Assembly: GCA_044342325.1 (NCBI GenBank)
Contig: JBIIPZ010000008.1
Span: forward strand, 24,208 to 88,207
DNA from: Terrimicrobiaceae bacterium
GTDB taxonomy: Bacteria; Verrucomicrobiota; Verrucomicrobiia; Chthoniobacterales; Terrimicrobiaceae
DNA: 64,000 nucleotides
Direction: 5' to 3'
Shown: positions 50,858 to 63,132 of the stretch, one piece after another
Numbering within the stretch: position 1 is the stretch's first letter
Layout of the letters: each line of letters starts with the position of its first letter
Program-made: the position numbers and the translations under genes
The notes under the pieces: generated by a model
Database searches by the model: none
What the model saw: only the letters and a program-made list of their open reading frames with translations
Told to the model about the DNA's origin: nothing

Positions 50858-51469
50858 TCATTTTAGTTGAAGGCGTTCTGCGACGAGCACGAGTTGAGCG
50901 AGTGATTCGACGCCCATTTTGGTCATGACGCGGCCGCGGTGGACTTTGATAGTTTGCTCTACCACGCCGAGATTCGAAGCGATTTGTTTATTTGGAAGTC
51001 CTTTTACGACATGAAATAAAACCTCTTTTTCTCGTGTGCTGAGTGCGGCGTGCCGCTGCTTCCACTCGCTAATCTCGGCGCGTGCTGCAAGCATGGTTCG
51101 GGATTTTTCGAGTGCTGTTTGTATTACCGCGAGGAGATCTTTATCTTTGACTGGTTTGGTTAAAAAATCCACCGCGCCCGCTTTGATGGCTCGCACGCTC
51201 ATCGGGATATCTCCATTTCCTGTGATGAAAATGACGGCGAGGGCCGAGTCCTCTTGGATAAGTCTCTGTTGCAATTCCGTGCCAGACATTTCCGGCATCG
51301 ATTGATCGAGGAGGACACAACCGGCGCCATTGTTGTGCGGTGCCGACAAAAATTTCATGGCGCTGTCAAAAGCCTGCACGGTGAATCCCTCCGCTTTGAG
51401 GAGTCGTCCAAGTGCTTTTAAGAGGGCGGGCTCGTCGTCAACGAGGAAAACAGTCTCGGAATGTTTCAT
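50858..51469 (-). CDS. FixJ/LuxR-family response regulator
   Basis: VFLVDDE, LLDQSMP, FITGNGD, DFLTKP and LuxR HTH LSTREKEV...TIKVHRGRVMTK. Confidence 0.93.
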   Translation of the reverse strand: MKHSETVFLVDDEPALLKALGRLLKAEGFTVQAFDSAMKFLSAPHNNGAGCVLLDQSMPEMSGTELQQRLIQEDSALAVIFITGNGDIPMSVRAIKAGAVDFLTKPVKDKDLLAVIQTALEKSRTMLAARAEISEWKQRHAALSTREKEVLFHVVKGLPNKQIASNLGVVEQTIKVHRGRVMTKMGVESLAQLVLVAERLQLK

Positions 51470-53292
51470 AAATTTTCAGGCACGATGGGGAGTTGGAAAT
51501 GGAATGTCGCGCCGTGGCTTTTGTTTTTTTCTGACCAGAGATTTCCACCATGGGCGCGAATGATGGTCTGGCAGATTGTTAAACCAAGGCCAAGGCCCTT
51601 TGGCTTGGTGGTGTGGAAGGCCTCGAAGATTTTGTCGCCGTCGTCGCCCAAGCCGTGGCCATTGTCCCTGACGGAAAACCTCAGCCACCCGCCCTCGTTC
51701 ACGCAGGTGAGAGACAGCGTTTTTTCCCGGGATCCATTGTCCTCCATCGCCTCGCAGGCATTTTTGATGAGGTTCAAAAGAACCTGCTCAATGGGAATTC
51801 GGTCCGCTTGAATCAAAGGCAGTTTTTTGGAGTGCCGCCTGGAAACCTGAACGCTGCCGGATTTGAGGTCTGGTTGTGCCATCGAAAGAGCCTGGTCAAA
51901 GAGAGCGTGTGGCGAAACTGTTTCCAGAACAGGCTTGCCTTGGCGGAGAATAGATCGCAAGCGCTTGATGACATCTGCGGCACGGATATCAGCGCTGACG
52001 ATGTCCTCCAGAATTTCTCGCAGTTCATTCAGGTCGGGTTCATCGTGAGCCATGAGGCGCTGGGCCGCCTGTGCGTTGCTAAGAATGATGGCAAGCGGTT
52101 GGTTGATCTCATGAGCCAGTGAGCTGGAAAGCTCGCTTACCGATGCCACGCGGGCGATGTGGGCCATCTGTTCGCGCTGCTTTTCCGTCTCGGCCGCGAG
52201 TGCGCGCTGCGAACTGACATCGATGCCGATTCCCACGAGATGGGGTTCTCCGGCGACTTCCACCGGAACCATGCGGAAAAAGTGCCGTGCTGTGCGACCA
52301 TCCCGTCGTGCCAGATCAAATTCCACCTCATGCCCCCCCTGTGCCAGGGCTATGCTCCGCGCCTCCATCAAAATTTCCTTCTCCTCTTCGACGCAAAAGT
52401 CTTCGGCCTTCATCCGTGCAGTCTCGGTATTGGAGTATCCGGTGACGCGCTCGTGCTGCGAATTCCATCTCACCATGCCTCCATCGGCGGACTGCAAATA
52501 CAGCATGCCGGGAGCGCTCTCAAAGATGGCGTCGGTGAGTTTTCTTTCGCCCAGCAGTTCGCTTTCACGAATCTTGAGTTGCTCCGCCAACTTGGCGGAG
52601 CGCAGCATATCCTCACTCAACTCGAGGCCCATCACGATCAGGATTCCAGCAAAAAACAAGCTCGCCACGATCGGCATGTCTATGAATCCCCAGAGGGCGA
52701 ACATCATTTGAAGCGAAAGTGCGAGGACAAAAAAGACCGCGCTCAAGCCGACGCGAATCGCGCCAGGCCTGTTCCCGCGCTGGGCGCTTCGCCATGTCGC
52801 ATCCACCAGATACGCTGCAAGCACCAGCAAGCTCATCTGCCCGATGATCGAGAGCGGGCTGGGGATGCCCTCCACAACTGTCACATCCGATCCCAGAAAA
52901 CGAATCCGCACCAACTCTTCGATGCTCGTGTAGTAGACCATCGGAGAAAAAATAAAATTCACCAGCAGGCTCAGCGTTCGCAGGCCGCAGACGGTCCATT
53001 CCAGCCATGGGCGTCCTGAACCAAGGTAGAAATGGATGAAACCGACGAGCGCCAGAGTAACAATCCAGCGCATGACATTATACCACTGCAGGGCATGCGC
53101 GTAAGATTCCATGTCCGTCTGCTGCATAGTCCAAAGCTCGCAAGCCGCCATGCCTGCCGTGGCGACTCCCATGATGCAGAACATGAGGCTGGCCATCTGG
53201 CGGCGCTGGCGCAGCCATGCAAACCCGTGCACGCCCGCCAGCGTGAGGGATGCGGCCGCCGTCATGGACCAGATGATCGTTACCCAGTTCAC
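51466..53292 (-). CDS. Membrane sensor histidine kinase with PAS domain (FixL-like core)
   Basis: About 7 TM helices, PAS domain, SLAHEINQPL (H box), QVLLNLIKNA, DNGHG and GLGLGL; GTGA-coupled to the upstream gene. Confidence 0.9.
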   Translation of the reverse strand: MNWVTIIWSMTAAASLTLAGVHGFAWLRQRRQMASLMFCIMGVATAGMAACELWTMQQTDMESYAHALQWYNVMRWIVTLALVGFIHFYLGSGRPWLEWTVCGLRTLSLLVNFIFSPMVYYTSIEELVRIRFLGSDVTVVEGIPSPLSIIGQMSLLVLAAYLVDATWRSAQRGNRPGAIRVGLSAVFFVLALSLQMMFALWGFIDMPIVASLFFAGILIVMGLELSEDMLRSAKLAEQLKIRESELLGERKLTDAIFESAPGMLYLQSADGGMVRWNSQHERVTGYSNTETARMKAEDFCVEEEKEILMEARSIALAQGGHEVEFDLARRDGRTARHFFRMVPVEVAGEPHLVGIGIDVSSQRALAAETEKQREQMAHIARVASVSELSSSLAHEINQPLAIILSNAQAAQRLMAHDEPDLNELREILEDIVSADIRAADVIKRLRSILRQGKPVLETVSPHALFDQALSMAQPDLKSGSVQVSRRHSKKLPLIQADRIPIEQVLLNLIKNACEAMEDNGSREKTLSLTCVNEGGWLRFSVRDNGHGLGDDGDKIFEAFHTTKPKGLGLGLTICQTIIRAHGGNLWSEKNKSHGATFHFQLPIVPENL

Positions 53293-53921
53293 TTGCCGAG
53301 TCGGGCTTTGACAACGCGTCTTGCCTCCGCGATGAGCAGGCTGCACGCATCGATGCAGAGGAGGGGAATTTCTTTTTCTTTGATCGGAACAACTGGTGGC
53401 ACAGCATCGGAGGGGATCGGCCACTGGATACAGCGCAGGCAACCGGGAGTGCAAAGGGTGTCCACGATCCCTTGGGCCTCTTCGTCGGTGATCAGGCCTG
53501 TGACGCGATACATGCCGGTCTGGCGGCTCACCGTTTCCCGCAGCGGCGTGGCGATCTTTTCGTTGCGCAGCAGCGCCCGCCAGTTCGCCAGCGCGGCGGG
53601 GTAGAGGAGGTCCAACGCCAGATGCAAGTCGGCCAGCGAAGCGACACGCAGGCCCCAGCCGTGCTTCAGGTTGGGCCCAGTTTTGAGCGGACGGTAGTCG
53701 CCGGCATCGTCATGAAGCGCTATGGCTGCGGCATCATGCGGGTTGTCGAAAATTTCCAGATCTTCGCGCCCGGCATCCTCCGCGTGGCAGAGCAGAAATC
53801 CGTTGCCATCGGCTTTGAAAATAGCCTGACCGATTTTGTGGTATCCCTCGGCCACCGCCGCAGCCAGCAGGTCGCGGAGTGTTGAGGTGGCTGCGGATGT
53901 GAGAGTTGATGAATAATTCAC
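53289..53921 (-). CDS. DR2241-family protein (putative Fe-S binding, no CbiX domain)
   Basis: YRPLKTGPNLKHGW, LYPAALANW, RETVSRQTGMY, CTPGCLR and LLCIDAC. Confidence 0.7.
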   Translation of the reverse strand: MNYSSTLTSAATSTLRDLLAAAVAEGYHKIGQAIFKADGNGFLLCHAEDAGREDLEIFDNPHDAAAIALHDDAGDYRPLKTGPNLKHGWGLRVASLADLHLALDLLYPAALANWRALLRNEKIATPLRETVSRQTGMYRVTGLITDEEAQGIVDTLCTPGCLRCIQWPIPSDAVPPVVPIKEKEIPLLCIDACSLLIAEARRVVKARLGK

Positions 53922-53980
53922 AGGACGCGGCGAGATTGCCTTGCCATGGCCTGTTATTCAAGCCGCCATCTTTTACGGGG

Positions 53981-54016
53981 AAAAACAAAACAGCCGGGTC
54001 CTTGCGAACCCGGCTG
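53981..54016 (-). terminator. Intrinsic terminator after groEL
   Basis: CAGCCGGGT...ACCCGGCTG stem with an A-tract on the plus strand (U-tract on minus). Confidence 0.75.
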
Positions 54017-54054
54017 AGTTGTTGAGTTTTGGCTTTGGGCCAGAGTGGCTGGAC

Positions 54055-55719
<1,665 letters not shown>

Positions 55720-55737
55720 TTAAGTTTTAAGTTGTGA

Positions 55738-56034
55738 TTAGCCGATGATGCCGAGGATGTCGTCTTCACGCATGATGGTGTAGGACTCTCCTTCGACTTT
55801 GACTTCAGTGCCGCCGTATTTGGAAACGAGGATTTTGTCGCCGACTTTCACGGTGAATTCGACGAGCTTGCCGTCGTCATCACGCTTGCCGGTGCCGAGG
55901 GCCACGACTTCAGCTTCCTGTGGTTTCTCTTTTGCGGAGTCGGGAATGATGATCCCGCCTTTGCTGATTTCCTTCTCTTCGAGCGGCTTCACGAGCACGC
56001 GGTCTCCGAGAGGTTTGATGTTTGGGTTTGCCAT
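55738..56034 (-). CDS. groES: Co-chaperonin GroES
   Basis: [23 protein letters not shown] and KYGGTE. Confidence 0.98.
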   Translation of the reverse strand: MANPNIKPLGDRVLVKPLEEKEISKGGIIIPDSAKEKPQEAEVVALGTGKRDDDGKLVEFTVKVGDKILVSKYGGTEVKVEGESYTIMREDDILGIIG

Positions 56035-56118
56035 GTGTTTATGTGTCGTTTTGTTGGTTTTGTTTTTAACAGGCTTCGGCTCTGTGCGAACCGGAGCGGG
56101 TTGTTAAAGTGGTTGGAA

Positions 56119-58065
<1,947 letters not shown>

Positions 58066-58074
58066 CTAAGTCTA

Positions 58075-58212
58075 AGCAATTCGCGGGCCTGAAATGCTTG
58101 AAGTTTCTAGAATATTGTAAGTAAGATTATTATAAAAATTAGCATCGCATGTGATGACTTTGAAAAGAGACAACATGGCTCAATTATTTCCTGAGTAGTG
58201 CCACATGAGACA
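58075..58212 (-). promoter_or_regulatory. Putative sigma54 promoter with two upstream palindromic activator sites
   Basis: Minus-strand AGGCCCGCGAATTGCT (GG-N10-GC; 58075-58090), an AT-rich spacer, and imperfect palindromes at 58167-58182 and 58198-58212. Confidence 0.55.
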
Positions 58213-58240
58213 TTTCTATTGGCACACATGCGCCGAAGAA

Positions 58241-58480
58241 TCAGATGGGCTTGAGCGGGAGGTGCTCGTTTTTGCCGCCACATTGAGGACAGCGTTGGAT
58301 GCGTGCCGACGGTTCCGCCTTGTATTGGAAGGCGCAGATGGGGCATTGCGTCCAAGCGCGGAGTTTGCGGGATTCGCGGCGCCGGCGACCTATCTCGTAG
58401 CAGATCCAAGTGAAGAGGATTCCAGCGAGAAAGATGAAGAGGGCCGTGAAAACGAGCCATGGCAGTGGCATGCGAATCAT
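58241..58480 (-). CDS. Small membrane-anchored zinc-ribbon protein
   Basis: One TM helix, then CPIC...CPQC; ATGA-coupled to the upstream gene. Confidence 0.7.
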   Translation of the reverse strand: MIRMPLPWLVFTALFIFLAGILFTWICYEIGRRRRESRKLRAWTQCPICAFQYKAEPSARIQRCPQCGGKNEHLPLKPI

Positions 58481-59214
58481 GGCTCGACGGGGCGGGACGA
58501 GCTTGCGGCGAAATGGAGGTTCACGAACCCCCAGGCAAGCGGGATGTTTTCGGCGGGGGAGAAGCGCAGGGATTGCAGGACTTGCAGTGTCTGGTGGTCA
58601 AGTTTCGTGTCGCCAGAGGATCGGGCGGGCAGGATATGGGCCACGGTGCCATCGGATCGAACGCCTACAAAAAACGAAGCAGAATCGAGCGCGTCGGCGG
58701 TCGTGCCTTGGGGGAAGGATATTTTTTTGGGAGTTTCCGGTAGGCGCGAGGCCAGTTCCAGTGAGGCGGATAGGCGGTTTGAGTCAGGGAGGGGTGCCGT
58801 GGTCGCGGGCGGGGTCTGGGGTTTTCTGACCAATACAGGATTCGGGTTGGGGGAGGTGCCTGCATCCGGCTTGCTTCGCGGTGGCATGTTGAGGAGGGCG
58901 GTTTTGGCTGAGGCGTATTGAGGAACATAGGTGGCGGTGGATTCTCTCTCTGAGGAAGATCCGTGGCGCGGCGCAAAAAGGGCTGGGTCGTTCGACGCAA
59001 GGATGGTCTCGAGTTGGGCGAGTTCGGGGCTGCTTTCGTCGAGGAAAAAAACGCGTGCCGGGTTGAGTCCATCTGTTTTCACAGGCGGATTGGCCACCGA
59101 GAAGAGGAAAAAAATCCCGCCGTGTGCAAGCGCGGCGAGGATTAGCATACTCGGCAATAGGAGGTGAATGCGATGGCGGTGGGGCCATTTGAAAAGCAGT
59201 GTGGCTGATTTCAC
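58477..59214 (-). CDS. TonB-like protein
   Basis: N-terminal TM with His (LAALAHGG), Pro-rich linker and C-terminal VRSDGTV...SSGDTKLD...LRFSPA. Confidence 0.7.
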   Translation of the reverse strand: MKSATLLFKWPHRHRIHLLLPSMLILAALAHGGIFFLFSVANPPVKTDGLNPARVFFLDESSPELAQLETILASNDPALFAPRHGSSSERESTATYVPQYASAKTALLNMPPRSKPDAGTSPNPNPVLVRKPQTPPATTAPLPDSNRLSASLELASRLPETPKKISFPQGTTADALDSASFFVGVRSDGTVAHILPARSSGDTKLDHQTLQVLQSLRFSPAENIPLAWGFVNLHFAASSSRPVEP

Positions 59215-59612
59215 TTGTCCTCCGAAGTGGCAATGACGGTGGGGTAGCCGAGTCCAAGTGAGATGTTCATGACGGCGGCCAGTTTTTCAAACGGCGCATG
59301 GCGGTCGGTCTTGATGATGAGCGTGTGGTGTCTTTCCGTGCGGGCGCGGAGCTTTTCGTGAAGCTCCTCGAGGTCGGTCTCTTCGTTCTCGAAATATACG
59401 GAGGAGAGTGGCGCTGCGACGATGCTGATGATGAGAGGATTCCTTTGCGGGGCGAGCAGGAAGGGGGAGTCTGGCACCGAGACGCCCACGCCTGGCTGCA
59501 AAAGGAAGGAGGTGCTCAGGATAATAAAAAAAATCAAGGCCAGCACCACATCAAGCGATGGCGCGATAAAAAGCAGGGCTGGATGCAGGCTCGGCGAGCG
59601 TTGGAGTTTCAC
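59211..59612 (-). CDS. ExbD/TolR-family protein
   Basis: APSLDVVLALIFF (conserved Asp), IKTDRHAPF and VIAT. Confidence 0.85.
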   Translation of the reverse strand: MKLQRSPSLHPALLFIAPSLDVVLALIFFIILSTSFLLQPGVGVSVPDSPFLLAPQRNPLIISIVAAPLSSVYFENEETDLEELHEKLRARTERHHTLIIKTDRHAPFEKLAAVMNISLGLGYPTVIATSEDK

Positions 59613-60229
59613 ACTTGGTCGTTGGATGGAGCGCGGAGGATTTCGAGCATCTCTATGCCTGCGCGCTCGATGTCGTGTATGGCATTGTTCACTCTCGCGG
59701 AGAGATAACTGTGGGCCACAAATGCCGGTAGAGCCACTGTGAGAGCGGCTGCGGAGGTGAGCAGGCTCTCATAGACGCCGCCTGCGATTTCGGCCGCTGT
59801 GGCATAGCCGCCGTGGGTGGTGATTTGCTGAAATGCCGTCAACAGGCCGAGGATCGTTCCAAGCAAGCCGATGAGCGGCGTTGCATAGGCGATGGTGGAA
59901 AGAAGCGCCAGGTTGCGCTCAAGTCGCGGAACCTCAAGTTGGCCCGCCTCCTGAGCGATATCGCGGAGTTCAGTTCGAGGCGCGTCATGCCGCAGAAGCA
60001 TCGCGTGGAGCACGCGTGGAACCGGGCCGGGGGATGCCGCGCACTCCTGGATCGCCTCGGCGTAGTTTTTATTTTTGATGAGATTCGCCAAGCCCCGCAG
60101 GAAGTCCCCCGTTTGGATCGATGCGCGGTGAAAGTAAATGATTCGCTCCAGAAAGACCCCGAGGCCGGTGACGCTGCAGGCGAGGATGAGCCACATGAGG
60201 GGGCCGCCCTTTTGCACAAGTTCCATCAT
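59609..60229 (-). CDS. ExbB/MotA/TolQ-family proton channel
   Basis: KGGPLMW, TPLIGLLGTILG and GGVYESLLTSAAALTVALP. Confidence 0.9.
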   Translation of the reverse strand: MMELVQKGGPLMWLILACSVTGLGVFLERIIYFHRASIQTGDFLRGLANLIKNKNYAEAIQECAASPGPVPRVLHAMLLRHDAPRTELRDIAQEAGQLEVPRLERNLALLSTIAYATPLIGLLGTILGLLTAFQQITTHGGYATAAEIAGGVYESLLTSAAALTVALPAFVAHSYLSARVNNAIHDIERAGIEMLEILRAPSNDQV

Positions 60230-60275
60230 AGTGGGGTTGGTCTTTAAATGATGTGCCGCCCGGCGGCAATGGCAT

Positions 60276-61289
60276 TCAGCCTTCGGGTGTGGGTAAGGGG
60301 AGTGCCAGCGGGGCGCTGGTGAGTTCTGTGAGCGCGGCGGTCATTTTTTCCCGCACGCCGGGGACGAACCCCCTGTCGCCGTGGAAGACCAGCATGGCGA
60401 GGTGTTCTTTTTGAAAAATACTCAGCGGACCTCTGGCCGTGTGGAGGGTGACGGCTGGGATTTCTCCAATACCCATGCCCGCCGAGGCGTCGTGCATGGC
60501 TCGGAGCATGGCGGCGGCATTCGAGCTGAGCGATACGATGTCGAGTCCCTCGGGAATGTTGTGCGAGGCGACCACTTGGTTCTCGGAGGTGAGAACGCAG
60601 GACTGGATGCCGGGCAGTCCGCCGCAGAGTTCGACAACGCGGCCGGTGCTCAGGTTTTCATCCGTCATGAAGAGCGCCTGCAACGCATGCTGGTCGGGAA
60701 GCTCCGATTCCACTGCGGCATTCGATGGCTGTGGTTCTGGTGTCAGAGGCTTGAGCGTGAGAAAAGTCGTCTCCGTGACCCGCTGGAAGGTGGGCAGATT
60801 GCTGATGATCTCCGCAAGTCTGCGAGGCGGGGGCTCGCTTTCCGGCTCTGCAGCGGCTTCGACAGGCTCCGGCAATTGCTCGATTTCCGGTTCATCGGGG
60901 GGTGCAAGAATTTTTCCCAGATGTGCCGAAGGCGAGGCAATCTCGTCTCGAAACAAAAAATCGTCCGGCCCCGAAAGCGTGGAATCTCTTGTTTCCAGAA
61001 GCCCGTAGGCTTTTGCAATGCGGTGTGCAGGCAGGCGGACCACTCCGCGAGCGGGCTCGATCAGATCTGGTTGAAGCTCCGCCAGCAGGCTCAGGGAAAG
61101 AGTGGGAACGATGTGGGCGAGAATGTGGCTGGCGGGGAGATCGATGGTTTCATCCTCTGCAATCGGCCGCAGCAGCAGCTCCCGTGGCAAAAGGTCCTCG
61201 ATGTCGGCAAGCCTCAGACGCAGCGTCTGTGGAGCCACGCTGCGAAAGGCGGCGGACTCTGCTTCGAGGGATTGCGTGACTGCGGACAT
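60276..61289 (-). CDS. Protein with C-terminal Roadblock/LC7 (MglB-like) domain
   Basis: LPGIQSCVL...VVASHNIP...[14 protein letters not shown]...[16 protein letters not shown]; Pro/Glu-rich linker. Confidence 0.6.
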   Translation of the reverse strand: MSAVTQSLEAESAAFRSVAPQTLRLRLADIEDLLPRELLLRPIAEDETIDLPASHILAHIVPTLSLSLLAELQPDLIEPARGVVRLPAHRIAKAYGLLETRDSTLSGPDDFLFRDEIASPSAHLGKILAPPDEPEIEQLPEPVEAAAEPESEPPPRRLAEIISNLPTFQRVTETTFLTLKPLTPEPQPSNAAVESELPDQHALQALFMTDENLSTGRVVELCGGLPGIQSCVLTSENQVVASHNIPEGLDIVSLSSNAAAMLRAMHDASAGMGIGEIPAVTLHTARGPLSIFQKEHLAMLVFHGDRGFVPGVREKMTAALTELTSAPLALPLPTPEG

Positions 61290-61351
61290 ATTCTTTGTGT
61301 TTGTCGAATGGGTCTGCAAAGGCTATCCAGCAGGGCTCATTTAGCAATCCT

Positions 61352-61747
61352 GTGGAATTCGATTTCAAATTCACCGCCGACGGGTTAATTCCCGTGATCG
61401 TCCAAGAAGCCTCCGGCGCCGAGCGCCCCTCCGGCCGCGTGCTTATGTTTGCCTGGATGAATCGCGAATCCCTCGCCATGACCCTCGAGAAGGGACTCAT
61501 GACCTACTGGAGCCGCTCACGCAGCAAACTCTGGCTCAAAGGCGAATCCAGTGGTCACACCCAACGCGTCGTCCGCTGGTTTGTGGACTGCGACAAGGAT
61601 GTCCTCCTCTTCGAGGTCGAACAAGAAACCGGCGCCTGCCACACTGGCTACGAAAGCTGCTTCTTTCAGGAAATGGACCGCTCCGCCCAAGCCCTGCCCG
61701 TCCGAGAGGGAAAAATGTTCGACGACGGCAAAGTGTATCAAAAGTAG
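61352..61747 (+). CDS. hisI: Phosphoribosyl-AMP cyclohydrolase (start approximate)
   Basis: [33 protein letters not shown] and [10 protein letters not shown]. Confidence 0.95.
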   Translation: MEFDFKFTADGLIPVIVQEASGAERPSGRVLMFAWMNRESLAMTLEKGLMTYWSRSRSKLWLKGESSGHTQRVVRWFVDCDKDVLLFEVEQETGACHTGYESCFFQEMDRSAQALPVREGKMFDDGKVYQK

Positions 61748-61756
61748 GCGTCAGCC

Positions 61757-62983
61757 TCACCCCTCGAACATCTTCAGTAGTGCGGGCACGCAAATGCTGT
61801 CGCGGTCGTAGCGCTCGGCGATGAACTTTCGGGCGTTTTTGCGCAGTTCATCAAAGCGCCTCGGCTCGGCGAGGGCCTCGCAGACCCGGTTGGCAAGACC
61901 TGGGATGTCGAAGAAATCCACAAGCAGGCCGGTTTTTCCATCCTCGATGAATTCCGTGACCGGCGGCGTGCTGGAGCCGATCACCACGCATCCAGCCGAC
62001 ATTGCCTCGAGCATCGACCAAGACACAAAGTAGGGGTAGGTGAGATAAACATGGGCCCGCGAGAGTTGCAGCACGCGTAGGTGGGCGTCGAACGGCAGCT
62101 TGCCGAGGAAATGCACACGCGAGAGGTCCATGCGCTCGCCGACTTCTTTCAAGAGCCTTTGCCGCCATGTCAGACCATCCGTTGGCTTGTTGCCATAAGA
62201 GGTGTCGTTTTCCATCCCTGTGATCAAAACCCGCGCCTGAGGCCGCCGGGAGAGGATTTCCGGCATGGCACGCATGAAGACATGAAATCCCCGGTAAGGC
62301 TCCATGTTGCGGTTCACGAAAGTCAAGATCTCCTCCCCATCGTGCACCGTGGTCCCATCGGGCAAGGTCGCTTTGGCCTCGGGATTCGGGCGAATTGTTT
62401 TTGTATCGACCCCCTCATGCTGGATCTGCAGGTCGCTTTTCAGATTCTGCGGAAATAACGATGCCTGCCAGCGTGTCGGCGTCCATCGCACATCGCAATC
62501 CTCCCACGCCAGCAACGAAGTGGCATTTTTCATCCGCACCTCGAGCAGATTATCGAGGTTCATTCGGAACTCGGGATCAAACCCGATATCCGCCCCGCGC
62601 GGCCGATAGTAGTATTCAAAATACCCCGAGATCCGCGCCTCTGGAAACGCCTCGCGCAGGAAAAGAGTGTCTCCCCAGCCTGTATGCGCGGCAATGACAT
62701 CTGGTCGATAGCCCTCCTTCTTCAGCGCCAGACACAGCCGCAGCACCGCCTGCCCGCGCAGCGCATTCTCCTCAGTGCCCCGCAAATAATGATGCGTCTC
62801 CTTCGCCGCCCGCCGTGGCAATTTGTATCCAAGCAACCTCGCCCCCTTCACCATCCCCGCCTGCCGCTGCACATTCGCATGCTCCCCCACGCCCAAAACA
62901 TCCACCCCTTCCGCGACCAAATGCCGCGCCACATGCAGGAACTGACCAGGGAAATTCGGGTGGATGAAGAGGTGCTTGCGCAT
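61757..62983 (-). CDS. GT4-family glycosyltransferase
   Basis: FIHPNFPGQF, HTGWG, RNMEPYRGF and YLTYPYFVSWSMLEAMSAG. Confidence 0.9.
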   Translation of the reverse strand: MRKHLFIHPNFPGQFLHVARHLVAEGVDVLGVGEHANVQRQAGMVKGARLLGYKLPRRAAKETHHYLRGTEENALRGQAVLRLCLALKKEGYRPDVIAAHTGWGDTLFLREAFPEARISGYFEYYYRPRGADIGFDPEFRMNLDNLLEVRMKNATSLLAWEDCDVRWTPTRWQASLFPQNLKSDLQIQHEGVDTKTIRPNPEAKATLPDGTTVHDGEEILTFVNRNMEPYRGFHVFMRAMPEILSRRPQARVLITGMENDTSYGNKPTDGLTWRQRLLKEVGERMDLSRVHFLGKLPFDAHLRVLQLSRAHVYLTYPYFVSWSMLEAMSAGCVVIGSSTPPVTEFIEDGKTGLLVDFFDIPGLANRVCEALAEPRRFDELRKNARKFIAERYDRDSICVPALLKMFEG

Positions 62984-63132
62984 CGGTTCTTTTAAGTGAC
63001 AAATGTATTGGCAAGAAGCGATCTTTTTTGCAAAGTCTGCCAATTGCTGTAAAAGTGTTTCCAAAGAAACTAAAGATTCCCGCCAAATATCCGATTGTAA
63101 GTTACCCAGTCTCGGCTTCCTAAACTTTTTCC

